From the NCBI GenBank assembly GCA_964249375.1, contig CAXUCK010000002.1, positions 1-61,901 of the forward strand: 61,901 nucleotides of DNA, given 5' to 3'. How positions within the stretch are numbered: position 1 is the stretch's first letter; each line of letters starts with the position of its first letter. Positions 1 through 9,429 of the stretch are shown one piece after another. The notes beneath the pieces are model-generated. The model was not told the origin of the DNA and searched no databases. It saw only the letters and a program-made list of their open reading frames with translations. The translations under genes were made by a program, and so were the position numbers. This stretch comes from an uncultured Acidobacteriaceae bacterium (GTDB lineage: Bacteria; Acidobacteriota; Terriglobia; Terriglobales; Acidobacteriaceae).

Positions 1-195
1 ATCCACACGGGTCCCGGACCGGACGCGCTCGCATTCTCTGCTGATGAGCACCTGCTGCTGGCGGCCGATGCGCGATCGGGTGATGTCGCCGTCATCCGCA
101 CACAGAGTAAACAGGGGCCGGAGCTGTTTACCATGCTTCCTGCGGGCGCTTCGCCAAATGACATCGTGGTGAAGGCATTTCGCGTGGCGCAATAA
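1..195 (+). CDS. 3' end of a YncE/YVTN-like beta-propeller protein (partial)
   Basis: Frame 1 reads IHTGPGPDALAFSADEHLLLAADARSGDVAVI...LPAGASPNDIVVKAFRVAQ* to TAA at 193-195, a blade-like repeat pattern. The 5' part lies outside the window. Confidence 0.6.
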   Translation: MHTGPGPDALAFSADEHLLLAADARSGDVAVIRTQSKQGPELFTMLPAGASPNDIVVKAFRVAQ

Positions 196-202
196 AAGCA
201 AA

Positions 203-2425
203 TTAGAGCTGACGCGCGAGAACGAGGGTGATGTCATCGGGCTGCTCTTCAGCACCAATCCAGGCATCGAGCGCCTGCATCACCTGCGCGGAGATGACGT
301 GGAGCGGCTCGTCACGGTAACGCTCGACGACTTCGACCAGGCGCTCCTCTCCAAAGTCTCCAAAGTCATTTTCCGGCTCTGTAACACCGTCTGAGTATGC
401 GACCAGGAGATCTCCTGGATCGAGCGAAACCGTGTCTTCTTCGTATTGCATCCCGTCCATCAGGCCGACGACGGTCCCGCCCTTATCGAGCCGGCGAACC
501 GTGCCTTCGCGGCACAGGATCAGCGGCGGCAGCTGGCCTGCATTCGAGTAAGTGAGACGGGTGCTCGCTGCATCGTAGTAAGCAAGAAACAGGGTCGCGT
601 ACTTTTCCGGTTGCGTGCTGCGGTAAAGGTGCCGATTGAGTAGCGCAAGGATGCGGCCGGGCGATTCGAACAGCTCTCCTGTGCCGGTCGAACTTCCCGC
701 GTCGCGACTGGCTGAAAGGCCCGCCACGGCGGACTCTGAGAGGATGAGCTCCTCGCTGGCGAAACGGTAGGCGCGCACCGCGGAGTGCAGGGTCGCCATC
801 AGCAGCGCCGCAGAAATGCCTTTGCCGCTGATGTCTCCGATCGCGATGCCAAGGCCAGTTCGACGGCCGAGCGGCTGGCCGTTGTGCGCTCGCTCGTGGA
901 ATGTGATGAAGTCGTAGTAGTCGCCGCTGACGGAGCGCGCGGGACGGCAGATGCCATGGACTTCCAACTTGGGTAGGCCGTTGTTCTGGCGGGGGAACAG
1001 ATTGGCCTGAACTTCCTGGGCGATCGAGAGCTCATTCTGCATGCGCTCTTTTTCCTGCTGCTCCACAAGCAGGCGCTGCAGTGAAGAGGTCATGCGGTTA
1101 AACGACTGGCCGAGTTCCCCGAGCTGGTCGTCGCGCTCGACACCGATGCGGTGCGTGAGGTCACCGCGATCGACGCTGCGCGTGGCCTGGTAAAGGTCGG
1201 AGACCGACGCGGTGATGGTGCGGCTGAGGCGCGCGGCCATGTACAGCGCGAGCGTCTCGATGAGTGCGAAGACGACGCACAGCACGAACAAGCTGATACG
1301 GATGACGCGCGTCACGATGCCGCTGAGTGAACCGCCGAAGAGCTGGCGATAGAGCAGGGATGGCCGGGAATCCACCTCAACGAGGATGTTGTCCGCTTCG
1401 CCCGTGTCCCAATTCGTGACGGGCAGTGTGGATTGGAAGCGGACGCGGAAATCCAGGGCGTTCACACCGGGCGGTTCTGTTCCGCCAAAGACGGAGTTAC
1501 TTCGCCCGAGGTCGCGATGCAGGCGGTCTGAAGGAGCGTCGCCGACTGCCATGGGGGTTTGCGAGGCGGTGGAAGGTGCGGATGAACGGAAGCCGCTTCC
1601 GGCGGCGTCGCTGCCGGTCAGCAAGGCTACCAGGCCAGCTCGGCCGACTCCTTCGGCCAGCTCCGCCATGATGTCGGCGGTGACGGGAACGGAGCTCACG
1701 ATGCTGAGTTCCTGGCCACTGGCAAGGCGCTGCTGACGGACGGACACCAGGAACAGATCGCGGTTGTCGAGCACGGTTCCACTAAAGGCGGAGCCGGGCA
1801 GGTGCAGCGCCCATGGCGGCAGCCCAAGCGGACGCTGCCTGCGTTTCCGGAGGTCGGGTTCGGCCAGGGGACGGCCATCGAGAAAGAGAGCAACGTCTTC
1901 CCTGGGCACGGGCAGAGCTGCAGCTGAAGGAGGTGAAGACTTCGGGGTCAGGGTGTTCTCATCCACATCTCCTTGCGGTCCCTTTGCTGCGTGATCGCTG
2001 ATGTGAAGGATGTTGCCGTTGTTTCTCACGTTGAGTCGCTCGATCTCAGCCTGCACACGCGTCTCTACCAAGTGAATTGAGAACTGGCCGGCAGCGATAT
2101 AGCTGGAGATCAGCACCAGCGTGACGAACAGGATGACTGGCGCCATTCCAATGAGCAGGTAGGTAAGGACCAGCTTGCTGCGCAGGCTCCACAGCAGGCG
2201 GCGCCGTGTGAGCTGCCAAAGTAGCGGCAGCAGAGAGACAAACAGCGCGAAGCCGGTCAGCATCTGGAGCACGGTGGAAAGTACGCCGGCGGTTCCAGGC
2301 AAGAGCCGGAAGGCCGAAAAGACGGCGAGCCAAATGGCCAGCCAAACAACGACCCGCGGCAGTCCCGGCCGCACCGCATCCATGACGTTCCGCAACGAAC
2401 GGAGGGCTGGTGGAATTACGGGCAT
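203..2425 (-). CDS. Membrane-bound HAMP + PP2C/SpoIIE (RsbU-like) Ser/Thr phosphatase
   Basis: N-terminal TM helices; HAMP (GDLTHRI...DQLGELGQSFNRM); PP2C motifs VSGDYYD, IGDISGKG, NAGQLPP, YSDGVTE, DDITLV. Confidence 0.92.
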   Translation of the reverse strand: MPVIPPALRSLRNVMDAVRPGLPRVVVWLAIWLAVFSAFRLLPGTAGVLSTVLQMLTGFALFVSLLPLLWQLTRRRLLWSLRSKLVLTYLLIGMAPVILFVTLVLISSYIAAGQFSIHLVETRVQAEIERLNVRNNGNILHISDHAAKGPQGDVDENTLTPKSSPPSAAALPVPREDVALFLDGRPLAEPDLRKRRQRPLGLPPWALHLPGSAFSGTVLDNRDLFLVSVRQQRLASGQELSIVSSVPVTADIMAELAEGVGRAGLVALLTGSDAAGSGFRSSAPSTASQTPMAVGDAPSDRLHRDLGRSNSVFGGTEPPGVNALDFRVRFQSTLPVTNWDTGEADNILVEVDSRPSLLYRQLFGGSLSGIVTRVIRISLFVLCVVFALIETLALYMAARLSRTITASVSDLYQATRSVDRGDLTHRIGVERDDQLGELGQSFNRMTSSLQRLLVEQQEKERMQNELSIAQEVQANLFPRQNNGLPKLEVHGICRPARSVSGDYYDFITFHERAHNGQPLGRRTGLGIAIGDISGKGISAALLMATLHSAVRAYRFASEELILSESAVAGLSASRDAGSSTGTGELFESPGRILALLNRHLYRSTQPEKYATLFLAYYDAASTRLTYSNAGQLPPLILCREGTVRRLDKGGTVVGLMDGMQYEEDTVSLDPGDLLVAYSDGVTEPENDFGDFGEERLVEVVERYRDEPLHVISAQVMQALDAWIGAEEQPDDITLVLARQL

Positions 2426-3357
2426 TCCGGTCCCTTCCCGTCGGCAGCTTCACGCGCCAGCTTGCGGGTGTAGCGCGTGGCTGAGAAGTGAGCCCCAGCG
2501 AGCAGAAGCAGACCGGATAAAAACGCCCACATCATCAGGCCGACCGAAATGTAGAAGGGGCCGTAGATCGCGCGGAGATCGAGCCATGGAAGCGCAAGGA
2601 CATAGAGATACTTGGCCAGTTCCCAGACGAGGCCCACCACAATCGCCGTTGGCAGAACGGCGCGCGCGGGAATCTTGCAGAAAGGGAGAATCCAGTAGAT
2701 AAGGAAGAAAAGCAGAATGCTGGCGAGTACGGCCACCGAGCGTAAGAAGCCATGTGAGAGCACAGCAAAGACCACGTTGCCGGTGTGCCCGAAAAAGATC
2801 CAGGTGAGTAGCGAACGCTGGCTGGCGGTCATGGCTACCGAAATCATGGCCAGCACACCGACCGCAAAGGCCAGGCCGAGCGAGACTGCCTGATTGTGAA
2901 GATACGATCGATTCCGCGGAACACCCCAAACGCGGTTGAGCGCGACCTCCAGCGGAAGAAAGACTCCGGTCGAGCTGACAAGCAGCATGACGACGGAGAA
3001 GATCTGTGTTCCCTTGTGCGGGTGAACCAACGCCTCCATGTTCCGCATGACAAAATCCTGCCCCGTGGGGAGAAAGGCTTTCATCATGTCGGCAACCACG
3101 ACGTGGACGCCGGGCGAGTGAAAGAGGCGGTCGCTCAGCGTGAGCAGAAGAACGATGAAGGGAAAGAGCGAGAGGATGACGTTGGCCGCGACACTGAAGG
3201 CGTAGGTGTGAACCTCGGTGCGGGTGAGATAGTTGAACAGCGCGGCGAGCTGCGAGTGCTGCTCAGACGATGACGCAGCGCGCGGAAGTTCGTCGGGAAC
3301 GCGCCCGGTCAGGTCGGGCTCACTGACGCGATCGCTCTGAGACGAAGTGGTCAACAT
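2416..3357 (-). CDS. YihY/BrkB-family membrane protein
   Basis: Hydrophobic helices with SLFPFIVLL, LNRVWGV and YGPF motifs. The start was trimmed from the 516-aa ORF to ATG 3357 because the upstream part overlaps queG; start uncertain. Confidence 0.8.
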   Translation of the reverse strand: MLTTSSQSDRVSEPDLTGRVPDELPRAASSSEQHSQLAALFNYLTRTEVHTYAFSVAANVILSLFPFIVLLLTLSDRLFHSPGVHVVVADMMKAFLPTGQDFVMRNMEALVHPHKGTQIFSVVMLLVSSTGVFLPLEVALNRVWGVPRNRSYLHNQAVSLGLAFAVGVLAMISVAMTASQRSLLTWIFFGHTGNVVFAVLSHGFLRSVAVLASILLFFLIYWILPFCKIPARAVLPTAIVVGLVWELAKYLYVLALPWLDLRAIYGPFYISVGLMMWAFLSGLLLLAGAHFSATRYTRKLAREAADGKGPECP

Positions 3358-3403
3358 AGGACGCGAACGGCTGCAAACGCCAGGTCGGGCGTTCTTCCCG
3401 ATG

Positions 3404-4639
3404 CTAGCAGAGCGGGTCAGGAGAACTGCGGTTGTCTCCGGTCGCCGCCGGGGTGCTCTCCGGTTCGGAATGCAAGGAGGCCGACGACTGGGCTGGCAGG
3501 CGGCCGAGCGCCCAGCCGGCCGTGGCGGCAAGAACAGGATCATCTTCGCTGGCTCGCCACGCCTCGAGCGCCGGCCGATGCTGCGGATCATGGCTGTTTC
3601 CCATGGCGATGGCGACGTTGCGACGAAGTCGCTTGCGGCCGGTGCGCTCGAGCGGTGAACCGCGAAACGTGTGCTTAAACTCAGCGGAATCCATACTGGC
3701 AAGCCACGCCAGAGAGGGGTTGACCAGCTCTGGACGCGCTTGAAGGCTGGCATCGAGACTAACCGGAGCGCGACGGTTCCAAGGACAAACGTCCTGGCAG
3801 ATGTCGCAGCCGAACACTTGCCGGCCCATGGGTTCGCGAAGCGGCTCGGGAATGTCGCCCTTCTTTTCGATCGTGAGATACGCGATGCAGCGGGAGGCGT
3901 CCATCTCCCGCGGCGCCACGAGCGCGTTGGTGGGACAGGCATCCAGACAACGGGTGCAGCTGCCACAGCGATCCTGGGCGAGCTCTGGCGCGAGCTCGGG
4001 CGGCAGATGGAGCGAGGTGACGACTGCTCCGAGCAGCAGCCACGAGCCGAGTTCCTGGTTCAGAACGCAGGTATTTTTGCCGATCCAACCGAGGCCGGCG
4101 CGCGCGGCCAGGGTGCGTTCTACCATCGGCCCCGTGTCGACGTAACAGCGCGTCTGCCCGTGCTGGCTGAGCTCGACATCGAGCGTGCGAAGACGCCTTA
4201 GGAGATCGTCATGGTAGTCGGCCGGCAGAAGCTGTGCAGGTTCGGCGGCGTTGTTTCTTGGCGTGCCACTCCAGGCGTAACGGGCGATCCAGCCAGTGGT
4301 GGCAGGTGCTGGCTCGACCGAGGCGGCATAAGGAGCGTTGTAGTTGAACGCGCAAAGCACGACGGACTGGGCCCACGGCATCGGCACCTGCACGGCTGCC
4401 CGCAGGAGTTCTCCAACGTCATCTCGCCGCTTCAGGTACTCCATCTCCCCGGCACGACCGAGATCGAGCCACTGCTCAAAACGCTTCCGATCCTGCTGCT
4501 CAGTCTCGCTTGTAACGGAATCGACCGACGCGATCCCAACCGCATCAAAGCCCACGACCCGGGCTGCGCCCGTGAGCCAGTGCCGCAGTTCAGGCGTCCA
4601 ATCGCCCGCTGATGCCGTCTGTGCCCGAGAGAGATCCAC
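3404..4639 (-). CDS. queG: tRNA epoxyqueuosine(34) reductase
   Basis: VDTGPMVER, AGLGWIGKN, CGSCTRCLDACPT and FGCDICQDVCPWN (two Fe-S motifs). Confidence 0.95.
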   Translation of the reverse strand: MDLSRAQTASAGDWTPELRHWLTGAARVVGFDAVGIASVDSVTSETEQQDRKRFEQWLDLGRAGEMEYLKRRDDVGELLRAAVQVPMPWAQSVVLCAFNYNAPYAASVEPAPATTGWIARYAWSGTPRNNAAEPAQLLPADYHDDLLRRLRTLDVELSQHGQTRCYVDTGPMVERTLAARAGLGWIGKNTCVLNQELGSWLLLGAVVTSLHLPPELAPELAQDRCGSCTRCLDACPTNALVAPREMDASRCIAYLTIEKKGDIPEPLREPMGRQVFGCDICQDVCPWNRRAPVSLDASLQARPELVNPSLAWLASMDSAEFKHTFRGSPLERTGRKRLRRNVAIAMGNSHDPQHRPALEAWRASEDDPVLAATAGWALGRLPAQSSASLHSEPESTPAATGDNRSSPDPLC

Positions 4640-4677
4640 TTTTGCTGCACCCAGCTTTCAGGATAAACTGGCGCTAC

Positions 4678-4769
4678 GGAGAGTTGGCAGAGCCCGGTTG
4701 AATGCACCTGACTCGAAATCAGACATAGTCGCAAGGCTATCGGGGGTTCGAATCCCTCACTCTCCGCCA
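4678..4769 (+). tRNA. tRNA-Ser (anticodon CGA)
   Basis: Acceptor GGAGAGT/ACTCTCC, anticodon arm CTGA-CT-CGA-AA-TCAG, long variable arm, GGTTCGAATCC, encoded CCA. A -10-like TAAACT lies just upstream. Confidence 0.95.
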
Positions 4770-4964
4770 GTCCCTCACTTCCGAGTAAATTCGAGAACGT
4801 CTTCTTTACCACATGGAATGCGAAATGCGGCTTGGTAGCTCTGTTGGGGTCTTGGGCAGTTTCAGAGATCGCCAGCGTTGTGCGTGGGTCTCCTTATGAT
4901 GATGTTGCGTCAAGGATGGATACTCTCCCAAGGCCCTCGATAGGCTGCTGATCGACAGATGTGG

Positions 4965-5160
4965 AGTGGCACCGGCGCTGCGCCGGCGATTTTCGGGGCG
5001 GTGCTCTCACCGAGCACCCTCACCTTTGGCGCACAAGTTGTTGTGTCGATCTCCACAGCTCGGACTGTGACCCTCAGCAACTCCGGCACAGCACCCTGGC
5101 GATCAGCAGCATCGCTGTCGCAGGAGACTGCGTATAGACAAATACCTGCGGCTTCAGCGA
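4965..5160 (+). pseudogene. Remnant of a choice-of-anchor D (ASH/Ig-like) domain
   Basis: SGTGAAP...LSPSTLTFGAQVV...ARTVTLSNSGTAP, then after a frameshift near 5096 LAISSIAVAGDCV*TNTCG, with an in-frame TAG. Confidence 0.65.
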
Positions 5161-6803
5161 CGACCTGATGCTAAGAATTCCTTGGCCGTTCTCAACGAAA
5201 GGGCCATGATGGTCAGGGCAGGGTTGGCTGCCAGAGTGCTGGGGAAGACGGAATTGTCGCAGACCCAGAGATTGGGAATCTGGTGGGCGCGGCCGAAAGC
5301 GTCAACGACGGAGGTCTCGGGGTCGTGGCCCATGCGGCAGGTGCCGATGGTATGCGCGGTTCGCGGCATCGACCAGATGTCACGTGCGCCGGCCGCCTTC
5401 CAAGCATCTGTCATGATGCCGATAGCGTGCTTCTCTATCGCTTTTTCGTTCGGCCCGTAGCTGAGTTCGATGACGGCCTTCGGAACGCCGTGCTCGTCGG
5501 TCTCTGTCGCGGAAAGCGTGATGCAGTTACCGTATGAGGGCAACATCTCCCCATTTGCCCCGATGCCGGCGACAAAGTTGTAGTCGGCGAGGTAACGCGT
5601 GAGTTCGGCCCCAAACAGGCCGCGCGCCCGGGCTACGCCTGTCGCCCAGGTCACTGGAACGACGCCGAGACTCTGGACGAGGTAGCCGCCGGCGAAGTTG
5701 GCTGCTTTCGGGCGTAAGGTGTCCTCGGAGATTACGGTCGCAGGAAAGCCCCTGTTCATGCGGACCTGTCGATCGAACGTGCCCCAGACCTGAGGTGAGA
5801 CATGACCCATGTAGTTTTTGCCTACCTGACCGGAGCCGTTCGCCAACGCGGTGTGCAATAGCAGGCGAGGTGTCTCGATGCCCCCGGCACAAAGGAAAAC
5901 GTTGCGGGTCTTCTGCCGACGGGTTTCGGGACGGTTCGGATCTGTGCTGTCGCGATAGATCACTGCGGTGAGCCGGCCTGTGACGTCCTGTTCAAATGCG
6001 GTCACAAAGCAGTGTGGCCGGATTTCGGCGCCGCTGCGCACGGCCCAAGGCAGGTATGTCACGTCCATGCTGCCCTTGGCGCCATTGCGACAGCCCTGAT
6101 GGCAGAAGCCGCGGTGTACACAGGCGTTGCGCGTCTCGTACTCCGGACGGCTGTATGGTTGGCTGAGCGCGGCGAGTGGCGCGGCTGAAGCACGCATGCC
6201 GATCTCCTGGTAGCCCTTGATCATGAGTTGGCCAGGTCCGTTGATGGGCAGCGGGCCAGTCGGGTAACGACGGGTGGGATCCCAGGGATAGGGGTTTGGA
6301 CCGGAGACTCCCAAGAAGGCTTCCACCTCTTCGTAGAAGGGCAGCAGGTCCTTCGACCTAACGGGCCAGTCCGAACCTAAGCCGGATTCAGTTTTGAGAC
6401 TCAGGTCGCGCTCATCGGCCCTCGGGCAGAACGCACCCCAGTGCAGCATGGAGCCGCCTACGCCCGAGCCAGAGGTGTTTCCTCCGTGCACCTGCGGGGT
6501 GGAGCCACCGGAGAGGCGTTCCCCGGTCCAATAGATTTGCCCGGCAGCAAGCTCGTCGGTGGGGAACTGCTCGGCAGGCGCTTCGAACCAGGTGCCGGCT
6601 TCGAGAGCGACGACCTTCAGACCGGCAGCAGCGAGTTTCGCCAGTAAAGGAGAGCCCCCAGCACCTGTGCCGATAATGACGGCGTCGGTTTCCTGCGCGT
6701 CCTCATAACGGCGCATGGATGGGCGCAGCCGAGCGAGTTCATTCTTACCCAGATCAGACTGCCGCACCGGAGAAGGAGCGATGAAAGACTTGCCGTTCAA
6801 CAT
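5154..6803 (-). CDS. GMC-family FAD oxidoreductase
   Basis: IIGTGAGG FAD motif, GVGGSMLHW, Cys cluster CVHRGFCHQGC, ETPRLLL, HTIGTCRMG, ANPALTI. Confidence 0.93.
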   Translation of the reverse strand: MLNGKSFIAPSPVRQSDLGKNELARLRPSMRRYEDAQETDAVIIGTGAGGSPLLAKLAAAGLKVVALEAGTWFEAPAEQFPTDELAAGQIYWTGERLSGGSTPQVHGGNTSGSGVGGSMLHWGAFCPRADERDLSLKTESGLGSDWPVRSKDLLPFYEEVEAFLGVSGPNPYPWDPTRRYPTGPLPINGPGQLMIKGYQEIGMRASAAPLAALSQPYSRPEYETRNACVHRGFCHQGCRNGAKGSMDVTYLPWAVRSGAEIRPHCFVTAFEQDVTGRLTAVIYRDSTDPNRPETRRQKTRNVFLCAGGIETPRLLLHTALANGSGQVGKNYMGHVSPQVWGTFDRQVRMNRGFPATVISEDTLRPKAANFAGGYLVQSLGVVPVTWATGVARARGLFGAELTRYLADYNFVAGIGANGEMLPSYGNCITLSATETDEHGVPKAVIELSYGPNEKAIEKHAIGIMTDAWKAAGARDIWSMPRTAHTIGTCRMGHDPETSVVDAFGRAHQIPNLWVCDNSVFPSTLAANPALTIMALSLRTAKEFLASGRR

Positions 6804-8239
6804 CAGAACTCCTCTGGCTGGTCGAGCTGGATGAGAGTGAACCCGAGGTCATCCGCAAAGCCGGTGTAGCCGATCCGGTTCATCGTGCGTGGATCGCCCA
6901 TGTAGATTCGCGTGAACTCCGCGCGCACATCTTCGAACCAATGCTCCATCGCCCCCGCGGAAAGCAGCTTGACGGAATCGCCGAGGTGCCATCTGTTCAG
7001 TAAGCCAGGTTCCACTTTTCCGGCAGCCGCATCCCTGAGTAGATCGAGTTGCTGGTCGGACGAGAGACCGAGAAAAGAAACGCTGTGCCGTCGGCTTGCT
7101 TCCGCATCCAGTGAGGCAAGGCCGCGTCGCCACGCCTCACAATCCTCGGGAAGCTCCGAGAAACGCCAGCCATCCCCTTTCCCCTGAGCCAGCTGTGCCT
7201 CCAGACAAGCCGCGACGTCGAAACCAGCATGGGGAACAACGGCAGCCGCGAGCGCTCTAAGCGTCCGGAACTCAGCCACAGAAAACACCGACGGCTCATA
7301 ATTCCAATCTTCGGATCGCACGAGACGATCTTGCATGACCTCCAGGGTCCGTGGAGAGGTGTGCGTGGAATGCATGATGGACAAAGTGTGCGGACCTGGC
7401 TGCTCCTCGGGAACGCGCAGCACGAAGCCCGCGGCAGACAAGAATATGGTGAGCTGCTCAATCAGCTCGCCGGGGCACTCCAACGGTGCCAAATGCGCTG
7501 TGTTTGGCAGCTCGACCAGCATGGCTTGCGTCAGGTGCGGGAGCAAGTGTTGGCGTTGCGCTTGCGGGCCGAGAGCGCTGTCGGCGGTTCCGGCGAAGAC
7601 TGCCGCTGGGAGATCGAGGGCACCGACGCGCTCCGACCAGTCTTCACGACTTCCATGCTCCAGCCACGCTCGAAAGGCCGTGCGCCTCATGGTGAGCACG
7701 CCGTCAATGGCCCGCTCGCGAACAGCAGTCAGCAGCGGCAGTTTGCCAGTGTTTTCGTCCACAAAGGCGGCTGCTTGTTTTCGGTCAACCTTCGCGCTGC
7801 CTGCGGACTGGCCGAGGTGCTCCAAGAGATCAGCGCGTTTCTGATCGGACATCGGCTCGGGACCGGGAGGTGACGCCGAGACCAAGGCCAGCGCGCGAAG
7901 GTTTTCTAGGCCAGGTTCACCATCCAGCGCCCGGCGAGTGATGATAAGGGCAATCTTGCCACCCATAGAGTGGCCCGCGATTGCCCAGGAGTTGCTCGGT
8001 CCTTGGCACTCCTCGCGTAGGTGTCGCACCACCTCCAACACTTGCGCTGTCACGGCAGCAACGTCATCCCCGGCACTGCTCGCCGAGTGACCAAAGCCAG
8101 GCAGATCAATAGAGACGACCGTCAGTCCGCGCGCAGCCAGCCCAGAGCTAACATTTTTCCAGGTCTCCGCGCTTCCTCCAAGCCAGTGCAACAGGAAGAG
8201 CAGAGGACCGCCCGAACCCTCTTTCTCGAATGCAAGCAT
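6803..8239 (-). CDS. Alpha/beta-hydrolase fused to a C-terminal gluconate 2-dehydrogenase subunit-3-like domain
   Basis: LHWLGGS, DLPGFGHS, nucleophile GHSMGG, AHLAPLE. The C-terminal part has WRRGLASLD...FLGLSSDQQLDLL...YMGDPRTMNRIGYTG. Start moved to ATG 8239; the stop overlaps the GMC ATG. Confidence 0.78.
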   Translation of the reverse strand: MLAFEKEGSGGPLLFLLHWLGGSAETWKNVSSGLAARGLTVVSIDLPGFGHSASSAGDDVAAVTAQVLEVVRHLREECQGPSNSWAIAGHSMGGKIALIITRRALDGEPGLENLRALALVSASPPGPEPMSDQKRADLLEHLGQSAGSAKVDRKQAAAFVDENTGKLPLLTAVRERAIDGVLTMRRTAFRAWLEHGSREDWSERVGALDLPAAVFAGTADSALGPQAQRQHLLPHLTQAMLVELPNTAHLAPLECPGELIEQLTIFLSAAGFVLRVPEEQPGPHTLSIMHSTHTSPRTLEVMQDRLVRSEDWNYEPSVFSVAEFRTLRALAAAVVPHAGFDVAACLEAQLAQGKGDGWRFSELPEDCEAWRRGLASLDAEASRRHSVSFLGLSSDQQLDLLRDAAAGKVEPGLLNRWHLGDSVKLLSAGAMEHWFEDVRAEFTRIYMGDPRTMNRIGYTGFADDLGFTLIQLDQPEEF

Positions 8240-8466
8240 AGGTTGGTAGACGCGATGTGGGCAATACAAGCAGTTGCAAAATGAGCGCCTCTCTACACCT
8301 TGCAAATATCGCGCATGCTCTTCCCGTTCAGCGCAAAAGTGCGCGGCGGTCGAGTGCATAGCATTTATCGACGAAACCCGGACCGTGCCGAATCGAGTGT
8401 TTCGACGCAGCTCGGCGAAACCGATCCAGGTCAGCGTGCTGCGTTCGTGTGATCGCTTTGCTTCGT

Positions 8467-9237
8467 CTAAACGGCTGTCCAGCCGCCGTCTATCAGCAGA
8501 GTATGGCCGGTGATCAGTGATGCTGCTTCCGAGGCCAGAAAGACAACTGCGCCGGCGACCTCGGGTGGCTCTCCAATCCTATGCAGGGCGGCGACGTTCT
8601 TCACAGTCTCGGCGTAGAAGTCCGGCGAGGAGAGCGCTGGCTGCGTTCCAGGGGTGTGGATGAAGGTAGGAGCGACAGCGTTGACGTTGATCTTGTGAGG
8701 CCCCCACTCAACGGCCAGGCACTTGGTCAAATGCGCGATGCCTGCCTTGGTCATGCAATAGACCGACTCTGTGGGCAGGGCGACGAAACCCGCTTGCGAA
8801 CTCATGTTGACGATGCGTCCGCCGCCCTGCTGCTTCATGAGGTTGCCGGCTGCCTGACAGGCGAAGAACGTGCCCTTCAGATTGATGTTTAGGGTGCGGT
8901 CAAAATCGTCCTCGCGCACGTCTAACGCAAGGTTCGTCGGTGCAACGCCCGTGTTGTTTACCAGGATGTCCAGCTTGCCCCATTGCGAAGACACAGCATG
9001 GATCGCCTGACGGATCTGTTCCAGATTGCTCATGTCCAGCTGAATCGGTAACGCTTTTCGTCCAAGCGCCTCAATCTCGGCAGCTACACCGTCGTCCTGT
9101 TTGACGTCGCGGAGACCGAGCGCAACATCCGCGCCCGCCTCGGCGAGTGCGAGCGCGATGGCTCTGCCCAGGCCGCGAGCGGCTCCGGTGACCAGCGCAC
9201 TTTGACCTTCAAGACGGAACGAGGGCAAGGATCCCAT
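8467..9237 (-). CDS. Classical SDR oxidoreductase (sugar/sugar-acid dehydrogenase-like)
   Basis: TGAARGLG, LVNNTG, catalytic YCMTK, NAVAPT, TGHTLLIDGG. Confidence 0.92.
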   Translation of the reverse strand: MGSLPSFRLEGQSALVTGAARGLGRAIALALAEAGADVALGLRDVKQDDGVAAEIEALGRKALPIQLDMSNLEQIRQAIHAVSSQWGKLDILVNNTGVAPTNLALDVREDDFDRTLNINLKGTFFACQAAGNLMKQQGGGRIVNMSSQAGFVALPTESVYCMTKAGIAHLTKCLAVEWGPHKINVNAVAPTFIHTPGTQPALSSPDFYAETVKNVAALHRIGEPPEVAGAVVFLASEAASLITGHTLLIDGGWTAV

Positions 9238-9429
9238 GGCGACTCCAATCGTGCGAACACGCTGCCTAAATGCAGCGTGACGGAACCTTTATACTCGTGC
9301 CGAGCTCCACACGTGAGGGAGGGCCGACCGTCAGCGAAGTAGCCTGTAGGGGTTCTGGACGACGGTGCTGCCTGGGTCGGCACCCCTTTTGCAGGATTCG
9401 TTGCAGGCGAGTGAGTCGCCGAGAGATCG

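Noticed and set aside
3358-3966. N-terminal extension of the YihY ORF (516 aa)
   Set aside because: It overlaps queG in another frame and reads as non-coding.
9325-9390. Match to guanidine (ykkC-type) or ZTP riboswitches
   Set aside because: Only short fragments resemble them; the conserved 3' elements and a downstream sense gene are missing.
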